Assembly: GCA_951406725.2 (NCBI GenBank)
Contig: OX597829.1
Coordinates: forward strand, 29,202,001-29,266,000
DNA length: 64,000 bases
Source: Octopus vulgaris
Lineage: Eukaryota
Direction of reading: 5' to 3'
Part shown: piece by piece, positions 12,202 to 62,908 of the stretch
Numbering within the stretch: the stretch's first letter is position 1
Layout of the letters: the number at the start of each line of letters is the position of its first letter
Translations under genes and position numbers: made by a program
The notes under the pieces: generated by a model
What the model was told of the DNA's origin: nothing
The model's input: the letters and a program-made list of their open reading frames with translations, nothing else
The model's database searches: none

Positions 12202-15200
12202 CTTGTTGAAATGCTTGAACAGAAATGTGTCGATTTGTGCTGCCTCCAAGAAGTAAGCTGGAGAGGAGGTTCCACTAAGTTCCTCACAGGCAGAGAACAC
12301 AGGTACAAGGTTTTCTAGGCAGGGAACACTAATAGGGTCAGGGGCATGGGTATACTTCTTGCAGAGAAATGAGTTGATAAGGGAATCAAGGTAGTCAGAG
12401 TATGCAACAGAATACTTAAGATTAGATTAGTGCTTCATCATGGGTTAGCAACCATTATCTCAGCCTATGCCCCTCAGTCAGGGCTACTTCTTTTATGACA
12501 CCCTCTTGCAGACTACTTCATTGACGAATGACAGGGACCTTCTCTTTGTGGCTGGTGACTTCAATGGATATGTTGGACAACATGCAGGGGCTTCCATGGT
12601 GTTCATGGAGGCTATGGTTTTGGTTCTCGCAATGAGGAGGGAACCAGGCTGCTGGAGTTCTGCGATGCAAATGATCTCATGGTTTGCAATACTAACTTCA
12701 GGAAACCTGCCAATCACCTAGCCACCTACTGTTCTGGCAGACACACTAGCCAAATTGACTACATCCTCACCAAAAAAAGGGGAAAATGGCTGCTTATAAA
12801 TGCCAAAACCTTCCTAGACGAACAACGTACCCCACAACATAGACTAGGAGTTAGCAACTTCAGGATCAGGGTTAAATGGATGCCCAGAAGATGACCAGCA
12901 CGGAGGAGAAGGGTCTGGAAGCTTAAAGATCCTGTGAATGGACAGAGATTTAGAGATGTATTACTCAAAGTTTTTGACAAAATAGAAGGGGATATAGCTT
13001 CACACGATGTGGAAGACAACTGGAGGTTTCTACGGGACAACCTGCTGAGGCCCACTGACCAGATCTGTGGATGAGGCAAAGTCCCCTCTCAACCCAAAAT
13101 AATGTGGTGGTGGAACAATGTTGTTGACAGGGTTATTAGAGAAAAGAAACAGGCTTGGAGGGACTGGAAGAACAGTGGTAGCAGGGAATGGTATAAGACT
13201 GCTAGAAGGGAAGCTAGGAGACAGGTTTATTTAGCCAGAGGGGAAGCAGATAAGAAAAAATTTGCCAATGTTCTGCACCGTGAGGACCAAAGACTTGAGG
13301 TATTTCATGTTGCAAGACAGTGTGTGAGAAAGAATCATGATGTTGTAGGAGAGAAATGTGTTCGCATGGATGATGATTCACTTGCACAAAATGAGGCTGC
13401 AAAGAGAGAGGTTTGGAGACGCCACTATGAAGGGTTGCTCAATAAAGAGAATGAATGGGAGCAAGAGAGTCTGCTGAATGTTGGCCCAACAGAGGGACCA
13501 GCTATCCGAATTGACAGTACCTTGATAAATAATGCAATTAAGAGAACGAAGACAGAGAAAGCCCCCAGCCCATCAGGAATCACCGCAGAGATGCTCAAAA
13601 TATCTGACAGTGTTGGCTACTCACCCGTATAGTCACCCGTATAGCCTAGTCACCCGTATAGTTAATCAAGTGATACACGAAGGAGTCATACCCAAAGACT
13701 GGTGTAGCAGCACCAAAGTCAACTGCTACAAAGGTAAAGGTGATGCTTTAGATACAAATAATTACAGAAGTATCGAGTTGTTGGATCAGGTAATGAAGGT
13801 CACAGAGAGAGTCATAGCCCAACTAATTGGGAAGAGAGTCAGTTTAGATGAATTGCAGTTTGAGTTCGTGCCAGGGAAAAGCACCACTGATGCTATATTT
13901 CTGGTAAGACAGCTGCAGGAGAAATACCTAGCCAAAGATAAACATCTGTACCAGGCTTTCATTGACATGGAGAAAGCTTTTGACAGGGTCCCTCGACCCC
14001 TTATCTGGTGGTCAATGAGGAAACTAGAGATTGATGAATGGTTAGTGAGAGCTGTGCAAGCCATGTACAGGGATACTGTCAGTAAGGTGAGGGATGGCAA
14101 TGAGTACAGTGAAGAATTCTGGGTAGAGGTAGGGGTCCACCAAGGTTCAGTCCTCAGCCCCCTCCTATTTATCATAGTCCTCCAGACAATGACAGAAGAA
14201 TTCCAGACAGGATGTCCCTGGGAGCTACTCTATGCTGATGACCTTGCTCTAATTACTGAGTCACTATCAGAACTAGAGGTGTGGAAGCAAGGATTAGAAT
14301 TGAAGGGCCTTAGAGTCAACCTAGGTAAAACCAAAGTCCTAATAAGTACGAAGGCAGACAAACTACAAATCCCTTCAGGTAGATGGCCCTGCTCGATCTG
14401 TAGAAAAGGCGTAGGTAGAAACTCTATAAGATGTACCCAGTGTAAGCTATGGACACATAAGAGGTGCAGCAATATCAAAGGAAGGTTAACTGGGAAGATA
14501 GTTTTTGCATGTGGCAGATGCTCAGGAGCAATAAACACTGAAAATGTGCCACATTTCAGGGAGAAAACTACAAATAGTTGATTGCTTCCGTTACCAGGGT
14601 GACCATGTCAGTAGTGGGGGTGGGTGCTCTGAAAGGGTAGCTGCTAGAATAAGAATAGCCTGGGCAAAGTTCAGAGAGCTCTTACCTCTGCTGGTGACAA
14701 AGGGCCTCTTGCTCAGAATAAAAGGTAGACTGTATGATGCATGTGTACGAACAGCAATGCTACATGGTAGTGAAACATGGGCCATGACTGCTGAGGATGT
14801 GTAAGCTTGCAAGGAATGACGCCAGTATGCTCCACTGGATGTGTAATGTCAGTGTGCATACTCGACAGAGTGTGAGTACCTTGAGAGAAAAGTTGGATCT
14901 AAGAAGCATCAGATGTGGTGTGCAAGAGAGACGACTGCGCTGGAATGGTCATGTGGCGAGAATGGATGAGGATAGCTGTGTGGAAAAGTGCCACACTGTA
15001 GTGGTTAAGGGAACCTGTGGAAGAGGTAGACCCAGGAAGACCTGGGATGAGGTGGTGAAGCATGACCTTCGAACATTAGGCCTCACTGAGGCAATGACTA
15101 GTGACCGAGACCTTTGGAAATATGCTGTGCTTGAGAAGACCCAGCAAGCCAAGTTAGACCATAACCCGTGGCTTATGCCAAGGGTGTAACCAGCCCACTT

Positions 15201-15750
15201 ATGTGTACCTTTCCTTAATTAGACATTAAACTCTGCTTGCAAAGACCTGTTGAGGTAAGTGAAATCGAAATCAAATTCGATAACAGCACCGCATGACTGG
15301 CATCTGTGCTAGTGGAGCACTAAGAGCACCATCCAAGCATGATCGTTGCCAGGGCAGCTGACTAGCTCACATGCTGGTGGCACATAAAAAGCACCATTCA
15401 AGCATGATCGTTACCAGCGTCGCCTTACTGGCACTTGGTGCTGGTGGCACATGAAAAACAATATTCGAGCAAGGTCATTACCAGTGCCGCTGGACTGGCT
15501 CCTGTGCAGGTGGCACATAAAAACCACCATTTGAGTGTGGTCATTGCCAGTACCGCCTGAGTGGCCCTCTTACTGGTGGCACATAAAAGCATCCACTACA
15601 CTCTCGGAGTGGTTGGCGTTAGGAAGGGCATCCACCTGTAGAAACTCTCTACCTGATCAGATTGGAGCCTGGGGCAGCCATCTGGCTCACCAGCCCTCAG
15701 TCAAATTGTCCAACCCATGTCAGCATGGTAAGCGGACGTTAAACGATGAA
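12202..15750 (+). mobile_element. 5'-truncated RTE-clade LINE (APE, RT, PHD-like finger, repetitive 3' UTR), disrupted
   Basis: CCLQEV, AGDFNG, SQIDYIL, QHRL (APE); YKGKGD, DMEKAFDRVPR, GVHQGSVLSP, LYADDL (RT); MLHGSETW, RRLRWxGHVARM, RGRPRKTW (RTE C-terminus); tail ends gttaaacgatga. Confidence 0.92.
15308..15600 (+). repeat. ~66 bp tandem units (about 4.5 copies) in the RTE 3' UTR
   Basis: Recurrent gctggtggcacataaaaa..cacc...gccagt..actggc. Confidence 0.8.
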
Positions 15751-15753
15751 AAG

Positions 15754-15935
15754 ATATATATATATATATATACATATATATATGTATATATATATATATA
15801 CATACATATATATATGTATATATATATATATACATACATATATATATGTATACATATATATATATATGTGTGTGTATATATATATATATACACATACATA
15901 TACATCAAAATATATATACATACACATGCATATAC

Positions 15936-15981
<46 letters not shown>

Positions 15982-15994
15982 ATAATATACATAA

Positions 15995-16041
<47 letters not shown>

Positions 16042-16046
16042 CATAT
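15754..16046. repeat. (TA)n/(CA)n/(TG)n compound microsatellite
   Basis: Seen directly; similar tracts at 449-502, 19337-19420, 29173-29316 and 34661-35085. Confidence 0.95.
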
Positions 16047-16329
16047 TAGGGGTGTGCGATGATGTTTCTGGCTGGGGAAACTATATCCAAAATTTTCTGT
16101 CACATAGATATTTGAATCAAATTGACATGTTCATATCATACAGCTATTTTTAAAATAAAAAAAAAAAGTTGCATTTCATATTGTGTTCTGTAATTTGAAA
16201 AAGTAAAAAATATTAGTTAAAACAAACGCAGAATACTATGCTCGTTATCTTTTCACCGTTTTTCTGATGGAAGCAGAATGTCAACTTGCTTCCCTTTTCC
16301 TATGTGTTACATAACAAGCATTACCACAT

Positions 16330-16419
<90 letters not shown>
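16330..16419. repeat. (TA)n(GA)n microsatellite
   Basis: Seen directly. Confidence 0.95.
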
Positions 16420-16422
<3 letters not shown>

Positions 16423-16941
16423 TACACTTATGTAAGGGAAATAATAAAATAAGGAATTATTTCCCTTGAAGCCTTCGGCAAACTATCTTCCATAATTAAT
16501 ATATAGGGTTAATGGAATCAGGATTTGATTTCGAAGTATTCATTATTATTATTATTGAGTGAGAGAGCTGTGCATGTCATCAAAGTGACACTGGGGTACA
16601 AATATACAAAGCCCAATATACCCATTTTGACAACCAGTCTGATAAGGGTACACTAGGCACATGCATCACATATTAAGATTTTTTTAAAAACCCATGCCCT
16701 TGCAGGCAGGACTCAGAATTTTCTTCAGGTTGAGTAGCCCAGCCTGCTCAAAAGGTTGTTTAAGGATGTTGAACAAAACATCCTTAAAATGTTTCCGGGA
16801 GTGAATTATTCAAACCCCAAAGAATCCCCCCACTACTCCTGCTCATGATCAGAGATGCACATATTATCAACCAGTAAGGGTCATGCTCAGCTAGTTATGG
16901 TCAAGGAACTGACAAGTAAATCTGTGGTATTGAGTAGAATG

Positions 16942-18861
16942 CAAGGGGGTACCCAAAAGAAACTGGAATTTTGCAGTATCATTTTATTCACTTAGTTTTA
17001 CATGTTTACACTTATATCTTCAAAGTATTCTCCATTTGAAGTAATGTATCAGTCTAGGTGGGTTTTCCACTATTCGAAGCAATGCTGGAACTGTTGCAAA
17101 TTAATGCCTTTTAACACCTCCTCTGTTTTTTTCTTCACCTCTTCCACATCTGCAAATTCTGTAGCACCAGTGAATACCTTTGAAAAAAGGTCCAGATAAA
17201 CTCCCAACTGTTCTTCCAATTCACGACACACATTCAGTCATGACTGCTTTTCATCTGTGAGCAAGGGTGGCACAAATTTTGCTGCAACTCTTTTTAGTCA
17301 CAATTCCTTGCTCAAAATTCATTAGGAGGAGCTCCAGGACACACCAGTCATCTAACCCTTTCGTTACTATATTTCTGACCAAAATACACCCCTTATGTGT
17401 TTCAATTAATTTCTAACGTAATCATAAATTTAGTCTGGTTTCATTAAACAACTATAACTTTTTTATTTATCAATCTATTAATCTGATTTTTGGAAGATAA
17501 TTTAATGAAATGTTCTCAACCAATTCTATACTATAATTTTTGTCACAAAGTAACTCTAATTGCAGGTAGGTAAATTCAACAATATATAAAATTATTAACA
17601 TTTTGTTCAAACATCGCTATAGAAAATGGGTTATTAGCTAATATTCAATTGGGTATACAACAAAATTTTATGATAGAATTTGTTATTCTGGGTAACTTTC
17701 TGATACCCATAATAATATTTATGACAAAATAGGCCTTAATTTCATTTAAGGTTGTGGGAAATAACAAACTATCCTTTCTTTCGTTTTGTTTACGTTTAGC
17801 GTAACGGTTCGTTTCCGCCATAATAATTTCAAATAGGCTCATTCGAAAAAGTAAAAAGAAATAGTTTAAGGCTTTACTCTTCTGGGAAAGTCTGTGGCTT
17901 GGTCCAGTTTCTTCAGAAAAATCACCGAAAGAAACAGTTTTTAAATTTTCACTCCATTCAGGTGCACATTCATTTTCTTTATCGCTGTCGGAGCTTTTGG
18001 ATTCACTGTTTTCACTTTAGGAAAATGAAACATCAGATTCATTATCAAATACCACATGCTTTTTTTTTTCAGTCATAGAGTTAGATTTATGAAGGTCTTC
18101 AGTAGAAAATCCTTCGAATTCTGACTCGCTGCTGATATAATGAAATTCGTATCCATTTTTTGTCAGAATTACAAATTTTGAAAACACAATAGGAACAAAT
18201 TTCGGAAAAAAATCTCCCATAATTCACGGAATTAAAATTACACTTCGATTTTTGTACAAAACTGTAGTTGAACTGTTTACGAAGTATAATACGTGTTTTC
18301 ACGAATGTACTAAAGAGATTTACTCTGATATTCTCATTTAAATATGAATAGGTAAATACGGGCGGTTTGGGGCGTCTTGGTCACATTAACCAAAATTTTT
18401 TTCGGGCGGTTTGGTAACGAAAGGGATAAACAAGTTTGTCAATTTCATGATGTTTTCTTTCGTTCGGGGGGTTGATGGTCATCCTGAACGAGGTTGGTCT
18501 TCAAACAAATGACCATTCTTAAAGCATGGAAACCACTCGTAAACTTGTGTTTTGCTCATGGCAGCATCCTGTAAGCCGTTTGAAGCATGACAAATGTTTC
18601 GGCCACCATTTTTACCAACAGAAAACAGAATTTCACAGAAGCACGCCGTTCCTTTCTTTCAGCAATAGCAAAAATCCTCAAACAGAAGAGAAGCACTACA
18701 AAACAAATATGCACCACATGGTATAATGACACCACTGAACAACACCAGTCAGCAGACTGATGCCTGAGGGACGCATCAAGTAGCTTCTAGCAGCAGAAGC
18801 CTGAACTACAATGGGTTAGTCCTGCAGAGAATGTTTCCGGTTACTATGGGGTAGCCCCTTG
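16942..18861 (-). mobile_element. Deleted mariner-type element hosting a piggyBac insertion
   Basis: Imperfect TIRs caagggggtacccaaaagaaactggaa / ttccggttactatggggtagccccttg plus TA; minus strand has VKFCFLL...ETFVMLQTAY at the N-terminus and FQHCFE*WK...SNGEYFE at the C-terminus. Confidence 0.85.
17356..18425 (-). mobile_element. Internally deleted piggyBac element
   Basis: TIRs ccctttcgttac / gtaacgaaaggg, flanked by CTAA / ATAA; PGBD-like N-terminal fragments SESEFEGFS and LFEIIMAETNRYA...PTTLNEIKAYF..IIMGIRKLP. Confidence 0.85.
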
Positions 18862-19336
18862 TATTTGCTGTAGCTCGTCTTTTATACCAATACAAAATAT
18901 GTTCATAACATTTCCAATCAGTTAAGATCAGAAGCCACAAATCACAGCCTGGTATTGCATCAGGGCATATATTTTTATTATTATTACACACAGGCTCACA
19001 TAATTTTAAGCTCACCCCCATTCATACATATACACTCACCCCATTCTTTCACACATACCTGCACACCCCAGTTCAGCCAGGTCATTGTTATTATCTTCCT
19101 TTCACTCAGCCCCCCCCACTTTTTTTCTTTGAGTTATTTCACCATGTTAAACCGTTAATCTCAACACATTTTCTTTTCTCTCTCCAATTTTTTTTCTTCT
19201 TATCCCTTTCTGTCAAAGAGCGTCGGCCTGAAACGCCAAAGATTTTTCCATTCTTTCTGGGTGTCAAACACCTGCTTGTAGTTCCCTTACCTGTCTTCGT
19301 CTTTTGTCTTCTGTAAATTTGAAATATATGTGCGTG

Positions 19337-19421
<85 letters not shown>

Positions 19422-19522
19422 TAGAGAAAAACCACTATTATGTAATTCAAACAATGATAGACATAAACCAAATTGAATTATATTCCCTAATATTATTATT
19501 ATTATACACACATAAACATACA

Positions 19523-19684
19523 TGACTGGCTTCCACAGTTTTTATCTAACCAAATTCACTCACAAGGCATTGGTCAGTCTGGAGCTATAGAAGGCACTTG
19601 CCCAAGGTACTGCACCGTAGGGCTGGACCCAAAACCACATGGTTGCAAAGTAAGTTTCTTAGCCACACAGCTATAACTGTGCAT
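19523..19684 (-). mobile_element. SINE family A, 5' half
   Basis: Homology to 3363-3520. Confidence 0.75.
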
Positions 19685-19744
19685 GAATTATAACATAAAA
19701 TAAAATGAAAATAATTCAGTAGTTTTCTTTAAATTAAATGACAA

Positions 19745-19784
<40 letters not shown>

Positions 19785-19869
19785 ACTTAGATTTGAACTT
19801 AAAGTACATTGATCAGTAGTAATATAATTAAAAATGTCAAACAAGATTTATGTTGCAAATGAGATTAAC

Positions 19870-20294
19870 AAAATATAGAATTCGATAATAAATTTTATTA
19901 AAAAAATAATTACATATATATTTAAAAATTTCAAAATTCTTTGAACAAATGTAATAACTTTATAAATATGTAATTTATCTCGTCCTTACAAAATCAGTGA
20001 ACTACATTGGTGTGAAGTTAATATCATGTAAATGTACATATCTAAAACATCAAGAATAAGTATGGTAAAACGGAGGGGAGAGGGATCAAATTTGGGAGTA
20101 GTCGGGAAATCTTTATCTTTTTTTTTTTTTTTCTGATATCAACAATTCGAGATTCATCAAACATTGATATAACTTAATAACAAAGAAATGGCATTAAATT
20201 ACTTTTTTTTTTTTTTTGTTTTGCAGAAGGGGAAGGTCAAGGAGTATGATGTTCTTCTTGGTATGTGTGTGTGTGTGCATAGGGGTGCATGTAC

Positions 20295-20325
<31 letters not shown>

Positions 20326-23300
20326 CTTTTTCTTTTTTCTTTATTTTAATTTCTTCATTGTCTTGTTCTTGAGTGAGTAAATGGGGTCACATGCGGATTA
20401 GCTCTCCTGATGTTTCTGAGGATGAAGGACTTGTTTAGACAGATGAAAATAAATACCATAACATGATGATTGAAAATTATGCTAAAACTTTAGTTTGGAA
20501 TTGATAAAAAATATGTGGGGCTCATATCTTCATGAGGAGAGGGGAAGGAGGTGGGGTACAATATTTTCATGACACAAAGTGTTGAGACTTGCAGTCCTTA
20601 CTCCTATTTATATGAGAAATTGGCCCAATAATGCCCTCGTGCAGTTTGTTGTCACTTCCATAGGAACAACTATGACCTTCTAAATTACCTTAAATTCTTA
20701 AGTTGGCAGCAAATAACTCAAGGCTTTGTGACAGAGATTCAACATATTCCTGACCCTATAATGAATTAAGCCTGATAATCCATCACAAAGACACCCAACA
20801 GATCAAACAAAACATAATAGTTGATCAGCAAAAGATAACAGAATGTAATATTATAGATTTAGAGAAGAAACAGACCAAGAATTAAATACATAACAACATA
20901 GCAACTTTTGGCTTTCAGTAATTTATCATGGCTAAAGTCCAGGATGAATTGTTGGCTGAGAAAAAATATTCTTAATAAGAAGAGACAAGAATTATACTGA
21001 GAAGAGCAAAATAAGAAATACCAACACAGTAGAGATGAATGCATCTTTTGGCCGAATACTGATAATTACCATTGTAGTAGATTGATTCTTGTTAACCTGT
21101 ACAGTTGTGATGAAAAAGAATTCTTTTCCCTCATCAGAGTTTGTGACAACTGATGAGATGTGAGATGCTAGCAACCTTCAGTGGGCAACTATTCCTCAAG
21201 GCAATAAAATAGCCTAAGAAACTAGCCAGTCAGCCACTGAACATAAACATAGAATGCCTGATGTAAAAATTTACCATGTAATGAAAAATGAAATATATAT
21301 TAAAGAATATATATTAAACCAGTCCAATGGTTGATTCAAATTATCTATGAATGTTTTGGTAGTGCTTGACCAGATCTGTAGCTCTAAAACTTAGAAACTT
21401 GGCAACTGTTACGTTATATTTTTCATTGTCTGTAAACATTCTTGTGACCACGTTCTAACTAATGATGATGCAGCCTGAATGTAGTGGGAATTGAGAGAGG
21501 AAAACAACAAAGCTGATATTTATGAGGAACAGAGATATATATGATAGTATGTTTCATAAATTAAGTAGAATAAAATGACAGAGTTTGATAAAAATTAAAG
21601 ATCTTCAGCAGCATACACCACAATAGAAAAAAAAATTCTTGGAATAACATAACAGCTGGTATTGTCCAGTATGTGCAACCCAACTAGATAAGAGGATAGT
21701 AAGACACATAACAGTCACATCTAACCCCTTGATCTCTCCATCTTCCTAAACATCTCAACCATAAATTCATATATCCCATACTGTCACAACCATCAGAACA
21801 AGTGCTGCAATGTTCATCAAGAATATAGGTATGCAGCTTATAGAGGATACTGGAAAGGAGAGAATGAAGAAGATGAATCCAAAAGAAAAAAAAATCTCCT
21901 ATCAGGAATTTAAAGAGTAGTTAACTCTACCAGATCTGGCTTGAATGAGTAGATGTATGATTGAAGGCACTGCAGCCTTGACAATTTCATCTTCAATTCA
22001 GACAGTATATCTTAGATTGTTATATGTATATATCTCTTGAGTTTTTTAATGACTATGTGACTTGAACATGATTTGTTTGTTGTTACTGGTCAAGAGAACA
22101 GACAGACGCTTCCTCGCTGGTTCGATTACAAGGATGTAACGAAGAAGTGCAACATTCTCAATGCTACCTCAGCCAGAATTATTACAGAGGAATCAAAGAG
22201 ATATCTTGTGGTATGTTCTCTAACATTAAGATGAAAATGATAGATCAGCAGAATAACAGATAACCAAAGCAATTTGCTTATTTCATTTGCAGTGTGTGCC
22301 AAAGTACAATATCAGATGAATAATTCGACTGATAAGAAATGGCAAGTATGTTTGGCAGTAAAAAAAAAAGATCCATCTAAATCATATTTTCAATCAATGT
22401 ACTAATTAATTTGTCATTTAATTTTATCTGGATATTACATTATGTATGTATACATATTATGTATGTATACACATAGCAAGAATAACTCATTTCCTAATTT
22501 TTATAAGAAACTATCAACACAGTTTTTATGTGTCACACGATTTTTTTTTTGTTTTTGGTTCAGGTCCCAAACAACCAAAGAAAAAACGATCAACTCAATT
22601 ACTCAATTATCCTCTTCTTTTTTTCTTTCTTTTTTTTTTTTGAGTATTATAGCTGTTTCAGTTGACATGGTTCTGGTCTTGTTGCCAAAGCACTGACATC
22701 TCTGTCGGGGTCCTAGTAGTGCACTTAGCTTTGAATCGGTAACATGAGTAAAATATAATTGTCTACTGTTATAAATGGTGGAGCAACTTGTAGACGCTAA
22801 GTACTTTCCTCAGTTTCCAGAGCTCAAATAATCTACCCAAATAGTCTTGGAATAGGCAACGGAAAAGTATCCAGAATATACAACCTTCCACCTCATCCAA
22901 CCCCAACCCCAATCCAACTGGAATCACTTCATGAAGAAAAGGGGAGTGTTTGCGATGCCCTAACTGAGTATGGGATATATTTCTATCTAGCATGTTTTAA
23001 TAATGAAATGAATGACAAATGTTGTCGTTTCTGGAGAAATTTGTTTGTTGTAACAAGGAAGAGTTCACCCGACCCACAGTAATAACAGCATTTCCAATAT
23101 TTCATTGTATTAACAACTGTTCAATACCTTAAACAGTTTAATTTATCAATTTCATCACCATCACCACCACCACCACCCCATAATGTAAAACTGTTTAATG
23201 TTTGTATTTTTCATCCTTTTCTTGTTTCTTGCTTATGCTTTTTTTATTTTACATTTTATTATTTTTTTTGATTTTTTAATTTTTTTTATTTTAATTTTTT

Positions 23301-23564
23301 TTTTTTTTTTGAGATGAAATTGTCATTGAGAGCTGGCAACAAAGCAAGCTTTGATAGCTTGGACTGCAATAGTTACATTAAAAAGACATACAATATTAAA
23401 AACAAATATTAACAGACTAAAATTTTAATCTAAAAATTCACAAATTTGTAAGGATTATTGCTAAAATTAAAAAAAAAAACGAAATTTTTTTTTAAAAAAT
23501 TAAAAACAAAATGATGCATATAACGTCTATTTACACCTGATCAAGCTGAATGTCAATGTATGTA

Positions 23565-23596
<32 letters not shown>

Positions 23597-24383
23597 CATA
23601 CACATGCACACACACATGCACACACACACACACACACACACAAACACATACATATAAGTTATGTATAAAATGTATGTATGTAATTATGTATAATAATGCC
23701 TGCACAAGAATGACCACTATTGCTCTGTATTCAGTTATATAACAATAGAAATCTTTTAATATTCTCGCAAGTTCAATCCCACCCTGCTTTGATAATTTCA
23801 TTTTATGTTTGATAATATTGTGCTTCAGGGGCTATTTTCATCTGTTTCTGTTTTTCTTTCCTTTCCTTTTTTTTTTTAAATTATATTTGCTAAAGGAATA
23901 TTAATTAAGAATTATCTTCACAGTTACTCCAATAGATCAGTTGCCATCTTAGCAACAAATCATACTGCCAACTATGTTGTAGGAATACTTTTAACTGATA
24001 ATACTCAATCATCGAAAAGAAGACATAACTAAAAATTAGATGTGCATTTAAATAGCTATTTTGAAATAAATGTAAACTTTTTTTCATCAGTCTTTCATAT
24101 ATATATATATATACATATATATGTATAATATATATATGTATATACATATACATACACTACCTAAAAGCAAAGTTAATTTTTTTTTTTCTTATACAACATA
24201 TATTAAAAAAATAAAATAATGTTAATGTATATATATCATACATGTGTTTGCATGTACGAGTATGTAAATAAATAAATAAATAAATCTAATACATTTGGTT
24301 TATATTTATATATATAATACATTTGTCATCATCATTTAATGCCCATGGAAAGCAGACATTAAATGATGCTGATGAATTATATA

Positions 24384-24422
<39 letters not shown>

Positions 24423-25027
24423 TATATTAAGTACTCTACTAGAAGCAGAAACTTGGCAAATTTCCTTGTTTCTTATTTCTGAAGAACAGAAACAAAATGG
24501 GTAAGAATTTGTGAAATTTCTGTTCCTAATACAATATAAAACTTTGATGTTGATATTGAGTACTCTCTTTTCTCCTTGCTTACATTCTAGTGTTTACTCA
24601 CACACACTTAGAAAAGAGAAAGTGTGTGTGTGTGTATGTGTGTGTGTGTGTAAATTTGTACACATATATCTATGCATTTGAGTGTGTATGTGAATTTATG
24701 TATATGTACTTAAATTATACACTTTATTTATGTACAAATATACATATGATTTTTTTACATGATAAAAACCACACCCACACACTTTCTATCCCTAATGATG
24801 CTTACACATACACACAATCTGCACACGCACACACACACACACACACACACAATTTTCATAAATGTACACATACAAGTAGACTGGTAGACAAAGTTTAGCA
24901 GTGTCCTTATTTGTGGATTTTCTTAATGTATACACATCACAATAATGGCCACAATTGCTCGGGTATACGTGAATGATATTTTCTCAGTCCTTCTAACCTC
25001 ATATCACCAGAACCAGAGTCATAAGCT
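19870..25027 (-). other. Probable long 3' UTR of ARID4
   Basis: Follows the stop codon, AU-rich, nearly free of young SINEs; AATAAA on minus strand at 19894-19899 followed by U-rich sequence. Confidence 0.45.
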
Positions 25028-62183
<37,156 letters not shown>

Positions 62184-62686
62184 CTAAAAATATTTAGTAA
62201 TAATTAAAAATTGTATTGAAATATTTAGAAAATAAAAACACACTGCAAAATAAGCTAATACCAATTAAAAACATGTCTTTTGGAATTAATATAATAGAAT
62301 ATTATGTTTGTAAATCTCCTTGCTTTTAAAAACTTAAAACTACTCTTAAAATTTAACATTTCAAGAGAAAACAAAATTAAATTGAAATAAGCCACTAAAT
62401 TCAAATATCACTGCCTTTTTTATTCCATAGATGCCCATGGAAATTATATCTAGAAATAGTTTTATACATGGTACCATGGCTGTTATTTTCAAGGGGATTC
62501 AACAACTGATGATCTTATAGATTCTATAATCTCTTGAAGAAGATAAAAAGCTCCCCATTGCCTGATTCATGTCCATCTGAGGATTTGAAATCATTACAGT
62601 TGTTTAATAAAATAGTCTTAGAAATGGTCTGCTTCAATCCCAAAAGTTCATTAGGCTGGAATTTATCCTGGTTCCATGGTATTTAA

Positions 62687-62908
62687 CCTTTTAGTATTCA
62701 AGCCAGCCATATCCAGCCCAAGTATTCTATCTGTTTTGTGTTCAAACTCACCAGATCAGGCCTATCACATATACCCTACAATATCATTCTACAAAAATAA
62801 ACAATCAGATCATTGAAATCTCAAAGCTATGAGATAATATATGATTAATTCAAAACAATGTGAATATATAAGCTTTGCATTTAACAGAGTAATCTGAATG
62901 CTAAAAGA
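62687..62908 (-). mobile_element. TTAA-flanked MITE, family 2
   Basis: Reverse-complement copy with TTAA at both ends. Confidence 0.78.

Noticed and set aside
13621-13662. Triplicated tcacccgtatag in the RTE
   Set aside because: Local post-insertion duplication causing a frameshift; ordinary decay.
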